From positions 1-46,839 of the IMG/VR virus record IMGVR_UViG_3300035049_000443: a DNA stretch of 46,839 nucleotides. The stretch is one strand, 5' to 3'. The translations under genes were made by a program, and so were the position numbers. Each line of letters starts with the position of its first letter. The first letter of the stretch is position 1. Origin of the DNA: a virus. Its lineage: Duplodnaviria; Caudoviricetes. Of the stretch, positions 30,358-37,610 are shown in pieces. The notes under the pieces were generated by a model that searched no databases, was not told the DNA's origin, and worked only from the letters and a program-made list of their open reading frames with translations.

Positions 30358-30476
30358 CATAGTTGGATCAGCCAACTCCAGAAAATGCCTGCCGAAAGAT
30401 TAGTCAAGCCATAAACTGGAGCAATTCCAGCCAGTTGGGGCTGGACTAATTGGTGTTCACTTTTCGGGGCGGTATA

Positions 30477-30492
30477 AGCAACAACCGTGCCA
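30477..30492 (-). promoter_or_regulatory. sigma54 promoter
   Basis: TGGCACG-GTTG-TTGCT, perfect consensus. Confidence 0.7.
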
Positions 30493-30541
30493 CGCCGAAA
30501 CGCCCGTCAATAGGGGTTTTCCGGTTTTGTTAGGGCATGAC

Positions 30542-30739
30542 AATTATGTAATAGTCGACCCCCTTTTTCGTCAAAAGGGAGTTGATTATTACGTAAACGT
30601 AATAGGGGGGGTAGGGCAAAATTGTTAGGTATATATAATTTTTTTATATACACATAACCTAACATAAACCGTAAACGTTTATATATACGTAATAATCAAT
30701 CCCCAGGAGCGCAAAAAGGCATCCGACAATTACATAATT
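30542..30739. repeat. 54-bp gap-free imperfect inverted repeat around a 90-bp AT-rich core (origin-like)
   Basis: Arms 30542-30595 and 30686-30739 share AATTATGTAAT.GTCG, CCTTTTT and TTGATTATTACGTA at identical spacing. Confidence 0.85.
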
Positions 30740-30805
30740 CTCAACCCCAAACCAAACCAAACACTCTTGCAACCAACAAACCTGGCAAAACACAAACAAA
30801 CTGGT

Positions 30806-30875
30806 GTAACGCAGGTAACGGATGATGTAACGTTACCGGATGATGTAACGTTACCTCAGGCGTTACCACCGTTAC
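30806..30875. repeat. Dyad-symmetric array of GTAACG/CGTTAC boxes
   Basis: Boxes at 30806, 30815, 30827, 30845, 30861, 30870 are mirror-symmetric about 30840.5. Confidence 0.85.
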
Positions 30876-30998
30876 TACTGCCATCCACCACAAGCCAGCA
30901 GGCACTAACCAAACCAGTTTACCAACCCAAAGCTAAAGAGCAAGAACTAACCAGTTCAGGCAGTCCACAGGCAGTTCTCAATGCCTCCAAAAAACACC

Positions 30999-31027
30999 TT
31001 GACACACCGGCCCGTCCGTGTTACCTT
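30999..31027 (+). promoter_or_regulatory. sigma70 early promoter
   Basis: TTGACA-N17-TACCTT with CGTGT extended -10. Confidence 0.7.
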
Positions 31028-31097
31028 ATCCTATAACCAAACCAAACAACCTTAACTCACCCAGACCAGACCATTAACCCACAACAAAGGAGTTCCC

Positions 31098-31769
31098 ATG
31101 AACCCAACAGTCAGCCCAACAACAAAAGATGACCTCACTCTAAACTGTCAGCGCTGCCAACACAGTTGGCTCCGTAGAAACCTGGAAACACTACCAAAGG
31201 CATGTCCAGCTTGCAAGTCTCCCTACTGGCAAAAGCCCCTCACACCCTACTGGGCAGCTAAACGCCAAGAGCTGGCCCACAAAAAAGTAAACCATGATCC
31301 AATTTTGGAATACCTCAAATATAAGAAAGCTGCCAGAATTGAAGAACAACCCTACCTGAAGAACCCACCAAAGATTAAAGAATCCACCCTATTGGTATAC
31401 ACCACAAAAGATCTTAATGACTTCGATAGTAGTAATGACTTCGATATTATTAAAGAAGCCGTAGATTATTGGCTTCCAGAAATTGCTGATCCAAAACCGA
31501 GTGTAGACCAGCTATATCAGGCAGGAAACACAATAGTTACCACCAGAAAAGATATGGCCCTAAAAAATATTGAGATAAAAATCAAGAGTGGTAAACTCAA
31601 TCCAGATGATGTTTACCTCATTGAGTTGGCTGGCCATAGTAATCAGCTACAAGAGATTTTTCAATTCGCAAAAGATGGTAATATCAGAGGTTTTTGGGGC
31701 TTTCCCTGGCCACCTGAGCCAGAACATAACATGGACCCCAGGAAAGTGTTCACGTCAGGCAATAGGTAA
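31098..31769 (+). CDS. Zn-finger protein, 223 aa
   Basis: CQRCQHSW...PKACPACKSPYW Zn-ribbon; SD AAAGGAG. Confidence 0.8.
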   Translation: MNPTVSPTTKDDLTLNCQRCQHSWLRRNLETLPKACPACKSPYWQKPLTPYWAAKRQELAHKKVNHDPILEYLKYKKAARIEEQPYLKNPPKIKESTLLVYTTKDLNDFDSSNDFDIIKEAVDYWLPEIADPKPSVDQLYQAGNTIVTTRKDMALKNIEIKIKSGKLNPDDVYLIELAGHSNQLQEIFQFAKDGNIRGFWGFPWPPEPEHNMDPRKVFTSGNR

Positions 31770-31996
31770 CAATCCAGTAAGCTGGAGCATGCAACAAATG
31801 ATTAACAAGCAACCCAGTTGACCGGCCACCACCGGCAAGCAACACGGCCCGGACCCGGCCACCGGAACGACCCACCACGGCCCGAAAACAGCCCTTTTCC
31901 CGTCGGTTTGACCACCACCCGGCCCACTACCCCTATCTATATAAAACGGCCCGGAAAACGGCCCTTTCCGGCCCGTAATCTTTTTTCAGAAAACGG

Positions 31997-32025
31997 TTGA
32001 CAACACCACGTAAACGTGGTAAGAA
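31997..32025 (+). promoter_or_regulatory. sigma70 early promoter with palindromic spacer
   Basis: TTGACA-N17-TAAGAA; ACCACG-TAAA-CGTGGT palindrome. Confidence 0.6.
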
Positions 32026-32125
32026 AACCGTATATCCTTTATAGTCAACGGTTTACAGCCCACCTGACAACCAGGCCCGGCCAGACCAGCAACTCAAACC
32101 TTTTAAACCAGAAAAGGAATTCACC

Positions 32126-32338
32126 ATGAACAAGCTCGATCAAGCAAAAGCCAGGATCAGGGCAAAGAAATTTGCTCAATCCATCCCAATGGGCCTGGCA
32201 ATCAAGATGCCAGATGAAGAACTGGAATTTCTTGATAGTCAGGATGATGATTACGTTCAGACTTATATGAACCAACTGAAGCAGCTGGCAAAGCCTGCCA
32301 ACCATTACAAACTCGGTATTTTGTGGGAAAGGTTATAA
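32126..32338 (+). CDS. Hypothetical early protein, 70 aa
   Basis: SD AAAGGA, first gene after promoter. Confidence 0.7.
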   Translation: MNKLDQAKARIRAKKFAQSIPMGLAIKMPDEELEFLDSQDDDYVQTYMNQLKQLAKPANHYKLGILWERL

Positions 32339-32400
32339 CAAATCCAGGAAACACAGCTACCAGGTTGTGCTCCAAAACTCAAACAAAAGGAGTAAACAGT

Positions 32401-32619
32401 ATGAAAAAAGTAAAGACATTGTTCGTATCTACAGATCACCACGGCGACATTATTATTCAAATCCAGTTTGAAGACAAAAGCTGGATTGAAGTTGCAGCTG
32501 ATCCGGCAGAAACAACAGAGATCAACATCGAAAAAGCAATCTATGGCAAACTCGTAACTGGCCTGAAAAAGCTGACTCCAGACCAGAGAGAAAAACTTTA
32601 CACAGGTTTAAAAGAATAA
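32401..32619 (+). CDS. Hypothetical early protein, 72 aa
   Basis: SD AAAGGAG before ATG 32401; followed by GCCCTGC/GCAGGGC hairpin. Confidence 0.75.
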   Translation: MKKVKTLFVSTDHHGDIIIQIQFEDKSWIEVAADPAETTEINIEKAIYGKLVTGLKKLTPDQREKLYTGLKE

Positions 32620-32683
32620 CCAGCCAAAAGGCCCTGCCCGAAAAGCAGGGCTTACAACTTTAACCAAACAAAAGGAGTTAAGC

Positions 32684-32926
32684 ATGAAACCTTGGCCACC
32701 CATAACCGAAGGAACCCTCACACCGGCATATGGCAAAAATTACAAGACTGACCTGGAAGCTCAGGCAGCCTTCCTCTCAGGAACAGACTTCAAATGGAAT
32801 CATCCAACCGGAGGAACGTATTGCTCCATTAGGGACTTCCATCCAGGCGACCAGGCAAAAATCAGATACAACAACAATAAATCTGTTACTCATGTAACAG
32901 TACCGAATGAAAAGGAGTTTGCCTAA
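32684..32926 (+). CDS. Hypothetical early protein, 80 aa
   Basis: SD AAAGGAG; LTPAYG..YK...F..G.DF...YCSIRD motif. Confidence 0.8.
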   Translation: MKPWPPITEGTLTPAYGKNYKTDLEAQAAFLSGTDFKWNHPTGGTYCSIRDFHPGDQAKIRYNNNKSVTHVTVPNEKEFA

Positions 32927-33126
32927 TGGAACATATTTCTCATGCCCTAACAGTTCAGGCTGCCAACATTCAGCGATTCACCGCCAGGCGCAACCTGGCA
33001 TCTTGCCCATTCTGCTCCAGGCCACTAAACCACATCAGGAAAACCACAGTCGGAGCGCATAAGACATGCAAGTCGTGCTTATGCACATATTTTATTCCGG
33101 CCAGCAGATTGGACTTAGTAGATTGA
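32926..33126 (+). CDS. Small Zn-ribbon protein, 66 aa
   Basis: CPFC...CKSC; TAATG overlap; SD AAGGAG. Confidence 0.7.
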   Translation: MEHISHALTVQAANIQRFTARRNLASCPFCSRPLNHIRKTTVGAHKTCKSCLCTYFIPASRLDLVD

Positions 33127-33141
33127 TTGCAAGTAATGCCA

Positions 33142-33217
33142 GCGGCCACTGCCTTAACAATCCCAACAGAGTCAACATTGTGTTTGTTAAGGCAGTCAAC
33201 CACCACCAACTGGCCGT
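33142..33217 (+). other. Long intergenic RNA hairpin (RNase III-like site candidate)
   Basis: Perfect 13-bp stem ACTGCCTTAACAA (33148-60)/TTGTTAAGGCAGT (33184-96) plus outer GCGGCC/GGCCGT. Confidence 0.6.
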
Positions 33218-33252
33218 TCACACAATGAACACACTATATAAGGATACAGCAA

Positions 33253-33564
33253 ATGCCGAAAATAAGCACCAAGTACCTGAAAGACCAAGAATGTACCATA
33301 TTAATCAGCCAGTACAACACAGGCAGTACAGCCATTCAGCTGATTAGTCCTGAAGGCGAGCATCTCATGAACGCAACTGTAAATATCCCGACAGTTATTC
33401 TCAATCCGGATCAAGTCTGCATCAAAGACTACTCTGAAAACCAGGGCATACTGGCCGAGCTTATCCGGCTGAATATCGTTAGCCAGCCTGAGTTCTATAT
33501 CACATCTGGTTTTGTCGACATACCAGTTTGTCAGCTCCACGATCCTGCTGACTGGCAGAGTTAA
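33253..33564 (+). CDS. Hypothetical phage protein, 103 aa
   Basis: AIQL...GE....ATVN...IKDYSENQG...SGFV..PVC motif; SD AAGGA. Confidence 0.8.
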   Translation: MPKISTKYLKDQECTILISQYNTGSTAIQLISPEGEHLMNATVNIPTVILNPDQVCIKDYSENQGILAELIRLNIVSQPEFYITSGFVDIPVCQLHDPADWQS

Positions 33565-33566
33565 GC

Positions 33567-33782
33567 ATGAAATCAGTTGCTTACATCCTAATCCTGGCCA
33601 GCCTAACCATTGGTGCATACCAACTCGGTCTGCATCACGGTCAGCAGGCTGGTCAGGCAACAGCAACCAGCTATCAGAAGCTCTACAACCAAGCAATCCA
33701 GTGGCAAAACCACCAAACTGCAAATATACCAACAATCGTACCAAATCCCAAACTGAAGGAGAAAAACCATGAGTCGTATTAA
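33567..33782 (+). CDS. Small membrane/exported protein, 71 aa
   Basis: N-terminal hydrophobic helix. Confidence 0.6.
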   Translation: MKSVAYILILASLTIGAYQLGLHHGQQAGQATATSYQKLYNQAIQWQNHQTANIPTIVPNPKLKEKNHESY

Positions 33783-33954
33783 ATCCATCCTCATTAACCG
33801 GGACAACATGACACCAGCTGAAGCAGATGAACTCATAACCAAGGCCAGGGACCAACTCCAGGAATACCTGGTAAATGATCAGCAAGACCTGGCATATGAT
33901 GTTTGCGAGGAGTTCTTCGGCCTGGAACCAGATTACATTGACGAGTTACTTTAA
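33769..33954 (+). CDS. Small acidic protein, 61 aa
   Basis: RD.MT..EA...FGLEPDY motif; SD AAGGAG. Confidence 0.8.
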   Translation: MSRIKSILINRDNMTPAEADELITKARDQLQEYLVNDQQDLAYDVCEEFFGLEPDYIDELL

Positions 33955-33979
33955 TCCCAAATTTAAGGAGACTTCCATC

Positions 33980-34174
33980 ATGACAACCAAAGCCAATTCT
34001 ATGACAAACGCACATTATGCCAAAACCACATCTTTTTGCAAAGCCTGTCAGCAATACATGGAAACCAGTCAGCCAGGACTTGAACTTGACAAGATCGCAA
34101 CCAGAAGACAGGCCAGCAAGTACAGACGAGGCACAGGTGTTGTTTACAAAACCATTAATAACCTGCTCCAATAG
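33980..34174 (+). CDS. Small basic protein, 64 aa
   Basis: SD AAGGAG before ATG 33980; F..AC...TRRQASKYRRG.G motif. Confidence 0.8.
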   Translation: MTTKANSMTNAHYAKTTSFCKACQQYMETSQPGLELDKIATRRQASKYRRGTGVVYKTINNLLQ

Positions 34175-34236
34175 CCGCACTGACGAGCTGTATTGCAGCG
34201 AAACCAGCCAAACCTGCAATCTTGGCTGGTCTGCGG
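34169..34236 (+). ncRNA. Type I hammerhead ribozyme
   Basis: Stem I CCGCA/UGCGG, core CUGACGA, stem II GCUG/CAGC, GAAA, stem III CCAGCCAA/UUGGCUGG, GUC cleavage triplet (C34231); 5' CAAUA complementary to loop II UAUUG. Confidence 0.92.
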
Positions 34237-34264
34237 AAATTAACTCAAACAAAAGGAGAGTATC

Positions 34265-34471
34265 ATGAAACAATCAGACAGTTTTCACAATTCTGACAAC
34301 TATCAAACTTTTGACAATGAACAACATCTGCGCCGCCTCGCAAGGAAACGCATTGCCAAATCCGTGCGATGCATCCCAGTTCCTGAAACACAAGACTGGA
34401 TGTTTCTTACCGACCTGGATGAAGCAATCGATCAGTTGACCTGCCAGCTGGAGGTGCAATTATGCCATTAG
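34265..34471 (+). CDS. Hypothetical protein, 68 aa
   Basis: SD AAAGGAG downstream of the ribozyme. Confidence 0.7.
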   Translation: MKQSDSFHNSDNYQTFDNEQHLRRLARKRIAKSVRCIPVPETQDWMFLTDLDEAIDQLTCQLEVQLCH

Positions 34472-34905
34472 ATGCCACATGCAATTCGTGTAACAAACAA
34501 TATTCATATCCAGCCCTGCAGGCAGACAAACAAACTGGTTTGTGTCCAGCCTGCCAGCGCAAACATGAAATCAAGCAACTGGATGCAGAAATTGCAGCCC
34601 TACAGCCCAGACTGGAAGCAATAACTCCGGAATTAATCAAACTGAACAAAAGGCGCAAAGCTCTGGCAATCGCCCACGAGAAGGCACTCTCAGCCTGGGA
34701 AAAAGTAGCCAAAGTCCACTCAGCGCTGGATCGAAAGATTGCCCTCATGATGCATGAAAGAGACATCCTGGCTGAGGTCAAGGAAGTTAAGACCAGTAAG
34801 CCTGGCTTAACTCCAGCTCAGAAGGCCAAAAAGGCCCTGGATAGCCTGCCACCAGAAGTAAGAGCAGCCATCCTGAAGCAATTCAATCAAACTGAAGAGG
34901 ATTAA
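34462..34905 (+). CDS. Zn-finger + coiled-coil protein, 147 aa
   Basis: CNSC...CPAC, coiled coil, C-terminal LPPEVR motif; SD GGAGG. Confidence 0.8.
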   Translation: MPLDATCNSCNKQYSYPALQADKQTGLCPACQRKHEIKQLDAEIAALQPRLEAITPELIKLNKRRKALAIAHEKALSAWEKVAKVHSALDRKIALMMHERDILAEVKEVKTSKPGLTPAQKAKKALDSLPPEVRAAILKQFNQTEED

Positions 34906-34959
34906 CAGGCGTCCTGCTTGGAGATTCCAATAAAACAAAATTTTGAAAGGAATTAAATT

Positions 34960-35157
34960 ATGACATTCGACGAAGCAATGAAACTATCCCGGTTCGATCC
35001 CGTAACTTACATTCCGGCACACGCAAATGGTAATGCCAACCATCCAGACGTAGAACTCGGCATCTTTGTTGGCATCTCACCAGGTGGTGTTCGAGTCTTA
35101 TATTGTAAGAGCCGAACTGTGCAGCTAACCAGACCAGAAGATTTGGTCCTTGGATGA
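34960..35157 (+). CDS. Hypothetical protein, 65 aa
   Basis: V.YIP.HA.G...HPD.E.G...T.PEDL motif; SD AAAGGA. Confidence 0.75.
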   Translation: MTFDEAMKLSRFDPVTYIPAHANGNANHPDVELGIFVGISPGGVRVLYCKSRTVQLTRPEDLVLG

Positions 35158-35169
35158 AAAGGAGCCAAC

Positions 35170-35373
35170 ATGACTATACACATAAAATTTAAAATAGTCT
35201 GTAATCTCTGCCAAACAGTTTGTATTGCAGAACATTCTTTTAATTTTATAGAAGATCTTATTACAATAAATATTACCTGTCCAGAATGTAAAAATCGTAT
35301 CAATAAGCTCAAGAATCTGAAAGATGAAATTGATACACTAAAGGATGATTTTTACAACAGAAATAATCAGTAG
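35170..35373 (+). CDS. Small Zn-ribbon protein, 67 aa
   Basis: CNLC...CPEC; SD AAAGGAG; AT-rich. Confidence 0.7.
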   Translation: MTIHIKFKIVCNLCQTVCIAEHSFNFIEDLITINITCPECKNRINKLKNLKDEIDTLKDDFYNRNNQ

Positions 35374-35386
35374 GAGAACAGTTAAT

Positions 35387-35548
35387 ATGAAAACTTTCAC
35401 CAAATACTTTCTTATCATTACAGTCGGCATCATGCTCGGATATGCCTGGGCAGCCAGTTGTTACCTGCCAAAGATTAAGGCACTCAACACAGCGCTGGCT
35501 ACATACAAGAGTTACATCAATCAATCGGAGATCAGTCATGATCGGTAA
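35387..35548 (+). CDS. Small membrane protein, 53 aa
   Basis: SD AGGAG, ATG 35387, hydrophobic helix. Confidence 0.6.
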   Translation: MKTFTKYFLIITVGIMLGYAWAASCYLPKIKALNTALATYKSYINQSEISHDR

Positions 35549-35753
35549 ATGCACAGCCTGTGGCCAGCCCTGCGAAGTTTGCATCATAGATTATGGTATT
35601 GGCCCATACGAGTATTGGGGCGCACCAGGCGTTGACGTTCAGCTTATGGCAGTCAGCGACTGTTGCGAAGCCCCAGCAGTTGATGATACTGGCAATCAAA
35701 TCACTGTCCAGAATGTTAAGGATGAAGAAAAGTCATTTTTTCTTGGTGAGTAG
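35538..35753 (+). CDS. Cys-rich hypothetical protein, 71 aa
   Basis: CTAC...DYGIGPYEYWGA...SDCC motif; SD GGAG. Confidence 0.75.
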   Translation: MIGKCTACGQPCEVCIIDYGIGPYEYWGAPGVDVQLMAVSDCCEAPAVDDTGNQITVQNVKDEEKSFFLGE

Positions 35754-35808
35754 CTGTTCAGGCTATGAACACCAAGTTATAAAACACAAACTCTAAGGAG
35801 ACTAACCA

Positions 35809-35967
35809 ATGGCTACATACATAAACTTTAATATTACCGGCGAATTATCAGATGACCTTCAATTTACAGAAGCCCAGGCTGCGGAACTTCTCAGCAAGAT
35901 GGAAGATCTCTTTCTTCGAACTGACCTGGATCTCTATGACAGCGAATATAACTTTGATGAAGAATAA
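35809..35967 (+). CDS. Very acidic mini-protein, 52 aa (below the ORF-track cutoff)
   Basis: Hand translation MATYINFNITGELSDD...YNFDEE; SD TAAGGAG. Confidence 0.7.
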   Translation: MATYINFNITGELSDDLQFTEAQAAELLSKMEDLFLRTDLDLYDSEYNFDEE

Positions 35968-35990
35968 CCATTAATAAAAAGGAAAATCTT

Positions 35991-36308
35991 ATGGACAAAA
36001 CAACTGAAGAACTCCAGTCCTTGATTAAGCAAATCGCAGCTGAAAATGATCTTGATATTGATCCATCAGAGCTGGCAACTCGCATTTATCAAGATTCTGT
36101 GAACATCGTAATACCACTTTACCTCTATGGCCAGAAAGACCTCAGTTTAATTATGGCCAGTATTCATGCCATACTGACTGAGCTTTTTCAACACGATGGA
36201 AATCAACTGGCCATCTCAGCGGGCCTTCGAAAGTTGATCAGCTTAACCTGCTGTAAAGAAAACAAATCTGCACAAAACATAATTACTTGTTTTCCACCGG
36301 AGGAATAA
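35991..36308 (+). CDS. Hypothetical protein, 105 aa
   Basis: SD AAAGGA; operon context. Confidence 0.7.
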   Translation: MDKTTEELQSLIKQIAAENDLDIDPSELATRIYQDSVNIVIPLYLYGQKDLSLIMASIHAILTELFQHDGNQLAISAGLRKLISLTCCKENKSAQNIITCFPPEE

Positions 36309-36313
36309 CTCCC

Positions 36314-36676
36314 ATGAGAAACAAACCCATAAACTTCCGACTAAACCCTTACCAATTGGCTCGGGGCCTATGGTTAATCAGAACAACTGAACCTAATTAC
36401 CAACCCAGTAGCGCCGCTGACATAGTCAAGCGTCTCTACTTGGAATACACGGCCAAAGCTACAGTTGGTCACAAAGATAATATCTTCATTCCATTCATGG
36501 AAGAAGTATATCTCTTGATAAACCAAAAGAGATCAAAGAAACCCAGCCTGGATGACTTCATCAGCCAGCAAGTAGCCCAACCTGAATTGCCAGCCCAGCC
36601 TGGTGATGATACATCAATTATTAATACGGTAACTGATTTTAGTCCGCCAGCTGACTGGTTGGACGAAGATGAATAA
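36314..36676 (+). CDS. Putative ribbon-helix-helix DNA-binding protein
   Basis: N-terminal KPINFRL strand + helices; SD GGAGG before ATG 36314. Confidence 0.6.
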   Translation: MRNKPINFRLNPYQLARGLWLIRTTEPNYQPSSAADIVKRLYLEYTAKATVGHKDNIFIPFMEEVYLLINQKRSKKPSLDDFISQQVAQPELPAQPGDDTSIINTVTDFSPPADWLDEDE

Positions 36677-36700
36677 CCCCCAACAGAAAGGAACTTTCCC

Positions 36701-36970
36701 ATGAAAAAAGTAGTTTCCCTCCGAATGGACCCGCACGAGCTCGCCAAAGCCAGAGATGGCTTGATTGCAAAAGGTATTGATGCTAACCAACTGGATACGG
36801 TTAGCCAAATCCTGCGCCTAACTTTCTATTCAGGCCTGCTAACACTTTGTAATGAACCCAAATCCCCGCCTACTGAAGCCAGCCTGGCATTTGTCAACAG
36901 TCGGTTAATGCAAAAAAGACCAACAGACCTGTCCAGCCTGGATGACCTCATAAATAAGGATGCTGAATAA
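36701..36970 (+). CDS. Putative ribbon-helix-helix DNA-binding protein (paralog of the previous gene)
   Basis: KVVSLRM strand + helices; shared SLDD(F/L)I. Confidence 0.6.
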   Translation: MKKVVSLRMDPHELAKARDGLIAKGIDANQLDTVSQILRLTFYSGLLTLCNEPKSPPTEASLAFVNSRLMQKRPTDLSSLDDLINKDAE

Positions 36971-37134
36971 TGCCAGATATACCAATTACTCTTCAGGGCA
37001 ACATAAACATTACCCTGGTCTGTTCAGAATGTCACTCACAACTCGAAGCCACCATCATAGTTGTGCCGGACTAAAATGCAATAATCATAACCATTGATGG
37101 CACCCATAAATGTGAACCCCCAACCAAGAATTAA
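36970..37134 (+). pseudogene. Small Zn-ribbon ORF interrupted by in-frame TAA (37072-37074)
   Basis: MPDIP...CSEC...VVPD*NAIIITIDGTHKCE..., frame continues to a second TAA. Confidence 0.4.
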
Positions 37135-37170
37135 CCCAACCAATAATAATTAATCAAAGGAGTTATTATC

Positions 37171-37587
37171 ATGCAACCTATCTTTTTTCACGAAAAACGA
37201 GCAAAGCTCATAGCTAAACAGCAAAGAGAACTTGCCTCATTCGATGCCCAGGAAGCTGAATACAATGTTTTGTTTGACATCCTGGTGGATGTAACATCCG
37301 AGTTTCCAGACATCTATACTTCTTCTTACATAAATTATGCCACCATCAGCATTCCTGAACACATGACCAGAGAACAATTCTACAAATGGCTGGATTACCT
37401 CGAAGCTGAATACCTATCAGAGTATAACATGATCCGGAATGATGTTGTCGGCAGTACGATTAACACTGAATACGTGCATGGCAGCACGGATGGTCTTATT
37501 CATATTGATTTTGTCATCAGCCAATGCCGGACCATCGAAAAGATGGAATACAAGAAAACATACGTAGCAGACTGTCATTGGGAATAA
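37171..37587 (+). CDS. Hypothetical protein, 138 aa
   Basis: SD AAAGGAG. Confidence 0.8.
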   Translation: MQPIFFHEKRAKLIAKQQRELASFDAQEAEYNVLFDILVDVTSEFPDIYTSSYINYATISIPEHMTREQFYKWLDYLEAEYLSEYNMIRNDVVGSTINTEYVHGSTDGLIHIDFVISQCRTIEKMEYKKTYVADCHWE

Positions 37588-37610
37588 CAACCAAAGGAGA
37601 ACACCCACTC

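Noticed and set aside
30767-31036. 89-aa ORF with a DDVTLP repeat
   Set aside because: TTG start with no SD, overlaps the promoter, and the peptide repeat is explained by the symmetric DNA boxes
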